From contig CAWJKT010000011.1 in assembly GCA_963843375.1 (NCBI GenBank), forward strand, positions 409,393 to 473,392: a DNA stretch of 64,000 nt, read 5' to 3'. This DNA comes from an uncultured Pseudomonadota bacterium (lineage in GTDB: Bacteria > Oederibacteriota > Muellerivitia > Muellerivitales > Muellerivitaceae). Position numbers and translations under genes: made by a program. Positions 20,817 through 31,560 of this stretch are shown in pieces; position 1 is the stretch's first letter; the number at the start of each line of letters is the position of its first letter. The notes under the pieces were generated by a model. It did no database searches. It was not told the DNA's origin and saw nothing but the letters and a program-made list of their open reading frames with translations.

Positions 20817-22170
20817 TCAGTGGATGATAGCGAATTTTTCCGGTTTTAACCGGCGGCTGCCCGAAGCGGAATCCACCTGGATGATGTAGTAATAAACTCC
20901 GAAGGCCAGTCCTGGAACTTGCAAGGTGAAATCATTGGGTCCCTGAACACCGGGATTGGAGGCCTGGCCGATCAATTCGCCCACGGTGTTATACATTAAA
21001 ACGTGGTCTGGCCCGGGTCGCACAGCTGCAGGTGTATTTTCATGGTGTTTCCCGAGACCGGGTTGGGATAGGCGTAACTTTGGTCGCAGGCAACATCCGG
21101 AGGAGTCGGGGTTCCGGTTGGAGCCGTGGCGGTCGGCGTGAGGTGAAGGTCCCGTGGCGGTGGGGGTAACGGTTTTGGTGAAAGTGGGTGTGACTGTTGG
21201 AGTGGTGGTGACCGTGGAAGTGATAGTAAAAGTAGGGGTTGCCGTCGAAGGGCGGAGGTTCCACAGCCTTCCAGAAGGGTGACGGAACCACCATTGATCA
21301 GGCTGAAGAAAACCTGGCCCCGATCGTTCACCGCGGCGCCCAAATGCCCAAGGCCCGGGAAGTAGACATTGTTTTTCCACGCTGAAGTCGAGCTGAATTC
21401 GTCCAAGTATTCGGGGCCCGCGCGGATTGTTGTCTTCTCACCACGTAAATATTGCCCGGATGGGTCGGTCCGGAACCCAGAAGGGTCGAGCAGGTTGGTC
21501 AGGACCGTCACCGGCGGTGGCGGTCGGGCGGACAGGATGTTGAATTTCACGATTTGATTATTGTAGCTGTCCACCACATAAAGCCAATTTCCGATGTCCA
21601 CCAATTGTTGGGGTTAGTCAATATTCCCGGGCTTCGCCATAAGTGGCCGCCGCCGCGTAGGCGGTGGCGCTGCCGTTGTATTCGAAGCACTTCCCGGCCG
21701 CGGTCGAAAAATAAACCGAGTCCGCCGCCCCGGAAGTGATCCGCCCAGACCCCGTAAGCCGTCACCCCGGCCGGCCCCATGGCTCCCAAGAAAGCGAAAT
21801 TGGAGTCAAATATTTTCAGGGGCTGGGGGGCGCCCCAATATCCGCAACAAAGAGGTTGCCGTTGCCATCCACGGCCGCGTCGATGGGAATCACGAAGGTC
21901 ACCCCTGAAGTGGCGCTGTTTAAAACTGTCAGCGGACTTTCGGTATCGCTGTTGAAAACCAGTACCTCCTGGGCATTGACGTCGCTGACATAAAGGCGTT
22001 TGTTGGGATAATCAATGGCCATGCCCGCGGGGCCGTTGAAGCCGGCGATTTGGGTCAGGCCTTGGCAGCAGACGCTCGTGTCGGGGCGTCGGCGTGAAGG
22101 TTGAGACCTGGGCGAAGAGGGAGGGCGAGGCCAGAAGAAGGGCGATAGGAAAAATAAGTGATTTATTCAA
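20817..22170 (-). CDS. secreted NHL-like protein with Thr/Pro linker and CTD-like tail (frameshifted)
   Basis: Signal peptide from TTG at 22170; propeller-like segments; AYPNPV...GVYYYII...KFAIIH. Confidence 0.7.
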
Positions 22171-22262
22171 ATGACCCTCAAATATAATGGACTGCGATCA
22201 AATGCGATCGAATATGGAATAGTTTACCTTGAATGGATGGGTTGGTGGAGGGGCCTTTTTCC

Positions 22263-22762
22263 TTAAAGGACCAATTCCATCCGGTAATCATCCATCATGA
22301 ATCCATTTCCAATATCCGTCACAACAGGGCCGGTGATCTGAAACCCCAGCTTTTGGTAGATTTCTACTGAAGGGTTGCGTTTATGCACGACCAGGATGAT
22401 TTTGGTAAGACCTTGGTTTCCGGGAAAAGGATTTAAGCCATTCCAATAAGAGATGGCTATACCCTTTTCCCCTTGCTTCCTTTAGCAGGTAAAGCTTGCT
22501 CAAAAACAGCCCGCCTTCCCGCGGCTGGACGGCCAGGTAACCGATGCGGTCTTTTCCGTCGTTTTGGATCAAGTAATAGAAGTAACCTTCGTTTATTTGC
22601 TCCCCAACGGCCTTTTGGGTCTGGAACTTTTCCAGCATGTAGGAGACTTGGGCTTCGCCAATGATCGGGGATGTAATATTCGGGCCAAATTTTACGTGCG
22701 AGAGTTTCCACCCGGGTTGCTAAGGCCCCATCGAGAACGGGTAACAGGTGAACGGTTTTCAT
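22263..22762 (-). CDS. GNAT acetyltransferase (frameshifted)
   Basis: LARKIWPEYY, LSKLYLLKEARGKG, VHKRN...YQKLGF...DIGNGFMMDDY. Confidence 0.8.
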
Positions 22763-22794
22763 GGAATGAAAAGAGGATGCCCGACAGGTCAAGA

Positions 22795-23853
22795 CTATGA
22801 ATTTTTAGAAAGGGCTACTTGGGCCTGGCGTTTTTCGGATAGATAGGGCTGGTAATATTTTTCAATAAATTCATCCTTGAAATCCCGGTAACGGTCGATG
22901 CCGCCGATCATATGCAAGCCAAGGATATAAATCCACGCGTAATCCCATTGGTTCGGCAGGAACCCCGCCCGGGCACCGTTGGGATACAGATGATGGTTGT
23001 TATGCCATTCGCCGGTGATCATGCCCGGCCAAGCCTGGTTGATGGAAAGATCGCTGCGGTTGAAATCAACGCCTTCCCGGCGCTTGTCCTTGCCCCCGCC
23101 ATGGCCGTCAAAATTGAAAGTCCTGACCCCCACCGCCCAAAAGGCGGTCCATCCAAAAAGGGTCGCGACGAGTGGCATGCCTCCCAAAAGATAAAAGGCG
23201 GCGAACCAAAAAATCCAGTTCGTGGCGAAATCCAACAGAGTCCAGGCTGGATGGGTGATGGATCCCCATTTCTGGTATTTCTCATAGCTGTTCACGTGGA
23301 CGCCCATGTGCTTGATGAGGTTGGCCGTTTTGGCATAATCTTCCCGGGACAAGTCCCGGGCGATGGCCTGGTGGTTCACGTCGGCCAGGAAGCAATAAAG
23401 CCACCCGCCGTACACGTTGTAGGGGTCGCCGGGTTTTTCCGAAAGGTAATGGTGCACATGGTGGGAGACCACGTAAGCCTCCTCCGGGATGGTCTTGACC
23501 ACCAGACTGCGCGTGAGGAATAGCCAGAAACCGTTCTTGAAGGTGAAGGCGTTATGGGAGCCATAGCGGTGAAGGTAAATCGTGCCGTGGGTTCCCAAAA
23601 CCACCATGCCGTAGATGAACCCGATGATGAGAAGCTTCCAGGTGAAGTATTGGAAAAGAAACATGAAAAAGAAGGGCGCCAGGGCGACGATGACTAGCCA
23701 GCTGAAAAGGGGAAGCCAGCATTTGACCGATTTAAAAATGTTCAAGCGGCTGAAAAATTCTCTAAAAATCTCCCGATGGCTGGGAACGTAGAGTTTTTCA
23801 TTGCGAACATAACCATAGGAAGGGGGATCCAAAACATTATCCAGAAAAGCCAT
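22795..23853 (-). CDS. membrane fatty acid desaturase
   Basis: His boxes HRYGSH, HHVHH, HNNHH. Confidence 0.88.
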   Translation of the reverse strand: MAFLDNVLDPPSYGYVRNEKLYVPSHREIFREFFSRLNIFKSVKCWLPLFSWLVIVALAPFFFMFLFQYFTWKLLIIGFIYGMVVLGTHGTIYLHRYGSHNAFTFKNGFWLFLTRSLVVKTIPEEAYVVSHHVHHYLSEKPGDPYNVYGGWLYCFLADVNHQAIARDLSREDYAKTANLIKHMGVHVNSYEKYQKWGSITHPAWTLLDFATNWIFWFAAFYLLGGMPLVATLFGWTAFWAVGVRTFNFDGHGGGKDKRREGVDFNRSDLSINQAWPGMITGEWHNNHHLYPNGARAGFLPNQWDYAWIYILGLHMIGGIDRYRDFKDEFIEKYYQPYLSEKRQAQVALSKNS

Positions 23854-24096
23854 TTGTTATCCAGTCGACTAATAACACCTTAAGAGGGAGTCACTTGTCA
23901 TTCGTTTTTTTAACAGTACATTATAGCTTTTTTGAGGGGTCTGCGGTTGTTAAATCGGGGCGACTAAAATAAAACCCAAAGAGAGCCCTATTGGCCGATT
24001 AATCCTTTTCCAGGGGTCAAGGAAGTGAGGGAAAAGACAGGAAGGTATCAAATTGATCGATTCCAGAAAAATGCTTAAATCAAAAAGACTTTTCGT

Positions 24097-25854
24097 TTAA
24101 AAGGGGAGAGCCGGCGGGTCCATCTCGATCTTGACGGAAACCCCGAGGGTCTCAAGGCCGCCTCCCTTGAAGAGAGTGCCCGAAGTGGGAGTGGCGTCCA
24201 GGTAGTGACGGCCGCAGGCCACCCGCACATGATCTAACTCGACGATGCTTCCGTTGGTGGGGTCGAAACCTACCCAGCCGCTTTGGGGCAAGTAGATCTC
24301 CACCCAGGCGTGGGACGCTTCCGACCACATTTTATTCTCGTAATTTCCGCCCGTGTAAATGTAGCCCACCCGATAGCGGGCAGGCAAGTTCAAGAGCCGG
24401 GCCATGCAGATGAAAAGGTTAGCGAAGTCCTGGCAGACCCCCTGGCGGCTGGTATAAACCTCGAAGGGCGTGGTGTTGGTGTTGGTGGAACCGGTTACGT
24501 AGGCGTAATCGTCGTGGATGGTCTGGTTCATGTCCATGAGCGTGTCCAAAAGATCCATATCGTTGCGTTGAGCGAACCCCAGGGCGTAGTCGGTGAGTTC
24601 CTTGAGCTGGGTCTCGGGAAGTTCCGGGGGCAAGAGGAAAGGCAGCATCATTTGGCGCTGGCCGGGCATCCAGACAACGGGCAGGTTCTCGCGTTTCGGG
24701 GCCAGGGCCAGCCAGCGGGCCGGGCCCTCGGTCAGGCGCACCCGGGAAAAGGCGCGGATCACCATCTCGCTGAAAGGCTTGTCGACTTCCAGTTGTAGGG
24801 TCGAATTGCCGAAGACATCCTGATATTCCTGGCGCCGCCCCTCCACCGAAATTTCCAGGTTGAATTCCAACAGTTCCTGGAAACGGTCTTGGACGGGTCT
24901 CAAGCGTAAGAGGTGGCAAGAGCGCTCTACCGGCATGCGGTAATGGTAGGTGGTCTCGTGCGCCACGTTCATCACGCATTTGTCCATTCCCTTTCGTACG
25001 GCGGGTGGAGGAGGGACGAAAAGTGAAGTCTGCTGGGCCTGGCTGCCCACCAGGGTCCAGGTTCCGGAAATTTGGCTGGCGATGGAACTGTCGAAAAGCA
25101 AGCGGCTGTTCCTCACCGCCCGCAGACCTCCCGGTTCCAGGGGCTGCCAGTTCTCATTGGATAAGGGGACGTTGGAAAAAAGATAAACCGTCCGGTTTGC
25201 GTCCATGGCGCTTCCCAAGTCCATGGTCAGCTTGTCACTTTCCAGATGGCCCGACGGATGGGGAGGAATCCGGCGAAGCCCAAAGAGGCCGCCACGGCCT
25301 TCCCGGTCGCGGTAGGCCACATGATTCTTGCCGTCACTCAAAACGCAATTGATCTCGCCCAAGGCATTGATCTCGGCGAACCAACTCTGTAAGTCCCTCC
25401 AGGGCACGTCGGATAAACGACGGGCCTGTCTGAGGAAAAGCTGGTGCAGGAACCAGCAAAAGGCGTGTTCCTGGGCCGAGGAACCCAGGGGCTCGAAACT
25501 GGGGTCGCCTCCGAGCGAAAGCACCTTCTGGAAGTCGCCTTTGATGGTTCCGTCGAAGATGAATACGAACTGGCGGCCGCCATAACTGCGCAGGAAGGGC
25601 GGGAGGTTCTTGCCGGACTGGCGCTCGCCGGAAATGGCGAAAAAAGAGGCGGAGCGGAAACGGTTCCAATCGGACAGCACCCGCTTCAAATCCTCATCGC
25701 CGATTCCCGAACCCCTCATCAGGGTGGCGGGACCTTCGTCGCCCATATACCAGACCAGGCCCCAATCGCTGGGAGCGTCGGATTCGGAAGGGGCTTTTAG
25801 GCGCAAAGAGGGTGAAGCGACATTATCGAAGGAGAGGGAAAAGAAATTCGACAT
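24097..25854 (-). CDS. class II glutamine amidotransferase-like domain fused to transglutaminase
   Basis: N half: WGLVWY, PFLRSYGGR, FCWFL, NCVLSDG; C half: HETTYHY, DVFGN, GVCQDF, HAWVE, GFDPTN. Confidence 0.85.
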   Translation of the reverse strand: MSNFFSLSFDNVASPSLRLKAPSESDAPSDWGLVWYMGDEGPATLMRGSGIGDEDLKRVLSDWNRFRSASFFAISGERQSGKNLPPFLRSYGGRQFVFIFDGTIKGDFQKVLSLGGDPSFEPLGSSAQEHAFCWFLHQLFLRQARRLSDVPWRDLQSWFAEINALGEINCVLSDGKNHVAYRDREGRGGLFGLRRIPPHPSGHLESDKLTMDLGSAMDANRTVYLFSNVPLSNENWQPLEPGGLRAVRNSRLLFDSSIASQISGTWTLVGSQAQQTSLFVPPPPAVRKGMDKCVMNVAHETTYHYRMPVERSCHLLRLRPVQDRFQELLEFNLEISVEGRRQEYQDVFGNSTLQLEVDKPFSEMVIRAFSRVRLTEGPARWLALAPKRENLPVVWMPGQRQMMLPFLLPPELPETQLKELTDYALGFAQRNDMDLLDTLMDMNQTIHDDYAYVTGSTNTNTTPFEVYTSRQGVCQDFANLFICMARLLNLPARYRVGYIYTGGNYENKMWSEASHAWVEIYLPQSGWVGFDPTNGSIVELDHVRVACGRHYLDATPTSGTLFKGGGLETLGVSVKIEMDPPALPF

Positions 25855-26015
25855 GCGAGGATATTCTACTATTGAATCCCCGTGAATGGTTCTCTCAAAA
25901 TATGCCCTTCCAAAAAATCAAATAGAAAAGGCAAAGTTACTCCGAGAACAAGGGTCCAAAAGTCCAAAAAAGGCCTGACTGCCTTTACCTTCACCCGGTT
26001 CGGAGCAAAAAAACC

Positions 26016-29000
26016 ATGGCAACCCAAGTTTTCCTCGAACACATCACCCGCTACCGCTACGACCGGTCCGTGCGCTCTGGGGCCCCATAGCATCCGCTTG
26101 AAGCCCGCTGCCCATTGCCGGACCCCCATCCTGTCCTACTCGCTCTCCGTTAATCCCAAAAAAAATTTCCTCAACTGGCAGCAAGACCCTTTCGGCAATT
26201 ACGTGGCCCGGGTGGTGGTGCCCGAATCCTGCAACGAGTTCGAGGTGACGGTGAGTCTTCGGGCCCAGATGGACCCCATCAATCCCTTCGATTTTTTCAT
26301 CGAGGATGAATACCTTCAACTATCCTTTCAAGTACGAAAAGAAACTGGCCCAGGACCTGCGTCCCTACCTCGTGGCGGAGGAAAAGGGCCCGCTCCTGAA
26401 GAAATTCGTGAAAGGATTTGGAAAAAAGAAACGGCACATGGTGGAGATGCTTTCGGAGGTGAACCAGAAGATCAACAAACTAAGCCGCTACGTGGTGCGA
26501 ATGGAACCAGGGGTGCAGACCGGCTGAGGAAACGCTCTCCCTGAAGAGCGGGTCCTGCCGGGACATGGCCTGGCTGGCCTGCCAAGCCTTCCGGCATCTG
26601 GGAATCGCCGCCCGTTTCGCCTCCGGCTATCTCATCCAACTGGTGGCGGACGAGGAACCGGTAACCGGCCCCAAGGGTCCGGAAAAAGATTTCACGGACC
26701 TGCACGCCTGGGTGGAAGTTTATCTTCCGGGAGCGGGCTGGGTTGGGTTGGACCCTACCTCCGGTCTTTTTGCCAGCGAGGGACACATCCCCTTAAGCTG
26801 CACGCCCCATCCCACCAGCGCTGCCCCCATCAGCGGAAGCCTGGAGGATTGCGAAACGACCATGGAGCACAGCATGACCCTGCAGACGAGTGCTGGACAC
26901 GCCGCCGCGCCACGCTGCCCTTGAGCGAGGGCCAATGGGAATCGCTGTCGACCGCCTCGGGGACGCGGTAGACGACCGGCTGAACCAACTGGGCGTGGGG
27001 ATCACCATGGGCGGCGAGCCGACTTTCGTTTCGGTGGAAAACCGCGACGACTTGCAATGGCAGACCGGAGCCCTTGGCGCCGAAAAATTACGGAAGGGAT
27101 GGGAACTGCTCTCGCGCCTTCGCAAGCGTTTCTCGCCCGGGTTCGCTGGCCCAGGCGGGGCAAGGTAAATGGTACGGCGGCGAACCACTGCCACGCTGGT
27201 CACTGAATAGTTTTTGGCGGCTCGACGGGGAGCCGGTCTGGATGAACGAGTCCCTTTTGGCGGACCCCACGGTTTCCGGCAAAACGCCTCCCAACGCCGC
27301 CCGGGCGCTCTTGACAAAACTGGCTCAGGACCTGGGGCTTTCCCCTTCCCGCATCCTCCCGGCTTTTGAGGATGGGGAGGAGATTCCCGGCGTTGCGGCC
27401 GCCCATCCTTGCCCATGCTCCCAAGCCCCCGGAGATCTCACCGGCCCTAAGACGGAAGGCAAAAAACCGGTCAAGACCCACCCAAGACGGATTCTTCACA
27501 GCCCGTGGGTTATGTTTTGCCCGTTAACTTGGAGCCTGACCCAGGGGGGGTGGGCCACCGAGTTATGGCTTTCACAAAAAGACCGCCTCTCGCTGATCGA
27601 GGGGGATTCTCCAATGGGTTACCGCTTGGCCCTCAATGATTTGCCGAAGGACAAGACGTTGGAGCCAGTGCCCTTCGCCCAGGACCCCTTTCTCATCCGC
27701 CGCCCCTTGCCTTCTTACAAACAATTCTCCAAGGTTCCGCCGAACGAAAATCCAGAAGCCCGAGGCGCAGTGCGCACCGCCCTTTGCGTGCAGGTGCGCG
27801 AGGGGAAACTTCACGTTTTCCTGCCGCCTCTGTACCATCTTGAGCATTTCCTTGAACTGGTGGCCAAAGTTGAAGGGGCGGCGGCAGCGCTCCACTTGGC
27901 CGTGGTGCTGGAAGGCTATGAGCCCCCGGCGGACAGCCGTCTGATGTCTTTTCGCATAACGCCCGACCCCGGCGTTTTGGAAGTCAATATCCATCCCGCC
28001 GCCGATTGGCCCTCTTTAAGGGACAACACCGAAATAATTTACGAGGAAGCCCGGCAGATTGGACTGAGCGCGGTTAAGTTCACCGTCAACGGTAGGCCCG
28101 TGGGCACCGGCGGCGGAAGTCACCTGGTCCTGGGTGCCGCCCGCCCCGACTTGAGCCCCTTCTTCCGCCAGCCCCGTCTTTTGCCCGCGATGATCGCCTA
28201 TTGGCAGAGACACCCTAGCTTGTCCTATTTCTTCACGACCCTTTTCGTCGGGCCCACCAGCCAGGCCCCGAGGCCCGATGAGGCCCGGCATGATTCGCTT
28301 TATGAATTGGAAAACGCCATGCGTCGCGTCCCCAAGGAAGGAGAACTGCCTTTTTGGCGTCTCGATCGGCTGTTCCGGCACCTGTTGGTGGACGTCTCAG
28401 GCAACACGCATCGCACCGAATTTTGCATCGATAAGCTTTATGATCCCGGATCGGGCCGGGGCCGCCAGGGCTTGCTGGAGCTTCGCGCCTTCGAGATGGC
28501 TCCCAATCCCCGCATGGCCCTCCTGCAACAGTTGTTGGTGAGGGCATTGGTGGCCCATCTCTATAAGGCCCCGCTGCAGACCAACCTGGTGCGCTGGGGG
28601 ACCCGTTTGCACGACCAGTTTTTATTACCCTGGTACATGTGGGAGGACCTGTCGCACGTTTTGGATGAACTGCGCCTGGACGGATTCCCATTCGACCTGG
28701 AATGGTTCCGAGCGCATTATAATTTCCGTTTTCCGCTCTGCGGCAAGGTGTTGATAGAGGGAGCCGAACTGGAAATCCGCCCTGCCTTGGAGCCATGGCC
28801 GGTCTTGGGAGAGGAAACCATAGGTTCCACGGTGAGCCGTGCCATCGACGCTTCCACCGAAAGGGTTCAGGTGACCCTCAAGGATGCCCGGCCCGGACTG
28901 GTGCTATCCTGCAATGGACGCCGGGTTCCCTTGATGTCCACTCCGATTCCAGGGTTCCAAGTGGCGGGTATCCGCTACAAGGCCTGGGACCAGCCTCTCT

Positions 29001-29275
29001 CCTTATATGGAGACCTGCCCGCTGTTTCTTTTTTGGAATTGGACCTGATTGACCCGGTAAAGGGGATTTCCCTGGGGGGCTGCGCCTTGCACACCTTCCA
29101 CCCGGGCGGGAGGGCTTTTGACCTGATGCCAGTCAACGTGGAGGAAGCGGAGTCCCGTTGGAAGGCCCGTTTCGAGCCCCATGGACGAGCCAGCGGCCGC
29201 ATGAGTGCCCCGCCGGAAGAGCCCAACCACGATTTTCCGCACACGCTTGACTTGAGAAGGCCCAGGACGGTTTGA
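26016..29275 (+). CDS. transglutaminase + DUF2126 putative amidoligase protein (frameshifted in 5' half)
   Basis: [68 protein letters not shown]. Confidence 0.85.
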
Positions 29276-29410
29276 GAGGGCTGTTTAAAGGATGATCAAC
29301 GGCGCCACCCCACCCTTCAGCCGAAACTTATCGTAAGTTAAAGTTTTATTTTAAGGCCAGTGGAGCGGACGGGAAGAATGAAGGCGCATTGGTTTGAAGG
29401 AAACCTTGGA

Positions 29411-29596
29411 TTAATTGGCTTGGAAACGGCTAATGACGGCTATGAATTCCATTCCTTTTTCCGTGTAGCGGCAAAGGGCTTCTTCCGGGGTTTTCCCGTT
29501 GGCGACTTTGATTAGCCAGCCTTTCTTGATAAAAGCCTCGACGGCGGATTTGTCGTCGAAAAGGGCTAGGGTTTGGGGTTCAATTGTTTGGTTCAT
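29411..29596 (-). CDS. small hypothetical protein, winged-helix-like C-terminus
   Basis: AAGG RBS; KKGWLI...YTEKGMEF. Confidence 0.5.
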   Translation of the reverse strand: MNQTIEPQTLALFDDKSAVEAFIKKGWLIKVANGKTPEEALCRYTEKGMEFIAVISRFQAN

Positions 29597-29755
29597 GGTT
29601 ACCTTCTTTAATTTGGGCTTCACGGGCAATCTAGGTAAGTTGTCGCACGGGTTCAAGGTGTGATCTAAATCAGGTGGGGATGATCTGGGCTTTTTATTTC
29701 CGGGGGGGGGTAAAAACGATTAGCTTGGTTTGCCCCTCGCCCGAGCAATTTCGAG

Positions 29756-30373
29756 CTATCTTTTGGTCAAAACGCAAAAGAACGAAAAGGGTTGGCGCGG
29801 GCCATGGAAGACGCCTTCTTTTAGATCCTTTAATTCAAAATCCTCCTTGAAAACCTTCAGAATCTCATCAGGCGTGAAACGGTAGGGCCCAAAACCTGGG
29901 GGCATTTTAAAACTGAAGACCTTCAAGGCCAGGACACCGTCTTGAGTTAGCAATCCCGCGACCGTTCGGCGGTATTCGTCCCAAATCTTGGAAGGGAAGG
30001 TGTGAAAACAGCCTCGGTCATGGACCAGTTGGGCTTCACCCGTTTTTTTCAGCGACAAAATGTCCGCCACCAGGAACTTGATTTTCCCCTCCACCCCCGC
30101 CTTGCGGGCGGTTTCCCGGGCCAGGGCGATAGCCGATTCGGCGATATCCACCGCGGTTACCGACCAGCCCTGCTGGGATAGATAGGAAGCGTCATTGCCC
30201 GGCCCACAACCAAGATCGTAGGCGTTACCGAAGGGAATGGAACCGGTTTCTAAAAGATCCCGAAGATCGGCGTCCACCATGCCTGCGTTCCAGGGCAAAT
30301 CGGAAGGTTGGGTCTTTTGGTATGATGCTTCCCAGGACTCGTGCGGCCCGGTGGTGCCTTGATAGTCGGCCAT
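29756..30373 (-). CDS. class I SAM-dependent methyltransferase (TPMT/TehB-like)
   Basis: LPWN, DLGCGPG, VDIA, DRGCFH. Confidence 0.9.
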   Translation of the reverse strand: MADYQGTTGPHESWEASYQKTQPSDLPWNAGMVDADLRDLLETGSIPFGNAYDLGCGPGNDASYLSQQGWSVTAVDIAESAIALARETARKAGVEGKIKFLVADILSLKKTGEAQLVHDRGCFHTFPSKIWDEYRRTVAGLLTQDGVLALKVFSFKMPPGFGPYRFTPDEILKVFKEDFELKDLKEGVFHGPRQPFSFFCVLTKR

Positions 30374-30495
30374 GAGTGACTCCTCTTGTTCGAAAAGCTA
30401 ACCGATTTTTTTCGAAGTTTAAAAATATTTCCTGTCTTGAGTTTCTCCTACCTCTATCCCTAAAATTCATCCAAGAAGAAATCGGGGGCATTGAA

Positions 30496-31446
30496 ATGAA
30501 AAAACGTGAACTTGGAAAATCCGGACTCGAAGTGGCGCCTTGGGCCCTGGGGGGAAATGTGTTTGGCTGGACGACCGACGAGGCCACCTCCTTCAAGATA
30601 TTAGACGCCTTTGTGGACGCCGGTTTCAACCTCATCGACACGGCGGATACCTATTCCCGTTGGGTTCCCGGACACGTAGGGGGCGAATCTGAATCGGTTA
30701 TCGGCAAATGGTTCAAGCAAAGCGGCAAAAGGGACAAGGTCGTTCTCGCCACCAAGGTCGGGTCGGACATGGGGGAGGGAAAGAAGGGTCTGGCCAAAAG
30801 CTATATTCTGAAAGAAGTGGAAGATTCTTTGAAGCGCCTTCAAACCGACCGTATTGACCTTTACCAGTCCCATCAGGACGATGAAACCGTTCCATTGGAG
30901 GAAACCCTGGATGCCTTTAGTGAATTGGTTAAGCAGGGAAAGGTGAGGGCCATCGGCGCGTCCAACTACAAGGCGGGCCGCATGTATGAGGCTTTGACGG
31001 TCAGCAAGAAGAAGGGAATTCCCCGTTATGAAAGCCTACAGCCCAACTACAACCTTTACGACCGGGCGGACTACGAGACTCTTTTGGAACCCCTGGTTCG
31101 GGACAAGGCCATCGGGGTCATCCCTTATTTTTCCCTTGCGGCGGGGTTTCTGACAGGCAAGTACAGGTCGGAGGCGGATTTCGCCAAAAGCCCCCGGGGC
31201 GGGGGCATGAAGAAATACCTGAACGACCGAGGATTCCGCATCCTGGCGGCTTTGGACGAGGTGGCGAAGAATTTAAATTCCACCCCAGCGCGGGTGGCCC
31301 TGGCTTGGTTGATCGCACGGCCCAGCATTACCGCGCCCATCGCCAGCGCCACAAGCCTGGAACAATTCAATGACCTGCTGGAAGGGACGAAGTTGGAGTT
31401 AGACCAGGCTTCCATGGGGAAACTCGACCAAGCCAGCAGTTATTAA
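30496..31446 (+). CDS. aldo/keto reductase
   Basis: LGGNVFGW, IDTADTY, SLKRLQTDRIDLYQSH, IGASN. Confidence 0.93.
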   Translation: MKKRELGKSGLEVAPWALGGNVFGWTTDEATSFKILDAFVDAGFNLIDTADTYSRWVPGHVGGESESVIGKWFKQSGKRDKVVLATKVGSDMGEGKKGLAKSYILKEVEDSLKRLQTDRIDLYQSHQDDETVPLEETLDAFSELVKQGKVRAIGASNYKAGRMYEALTVSKKKGIPRYESLQPNYNLYDRADYETLLEPLVRDKAIGVIPYFSLAAGFLTGKYRSEADFAKSPRGGGMKKYLNDRGFRILAALDEVAKNLNSTPARVALAWLIARPSITAPIASATSLEQFNDLLEGTKLELDQASMGKLDQASSY

Positions 31447-31560
31447 GCAAGACAACAAAAATTTTAACCACCCTGATCACCCAGAACCACGAAACGCAAG
31501 TTTGTCATAAAGGGATTTAAAGCTAATTTTATTTTGGTTTTTCTTGGAGCTCTTGGCGAT

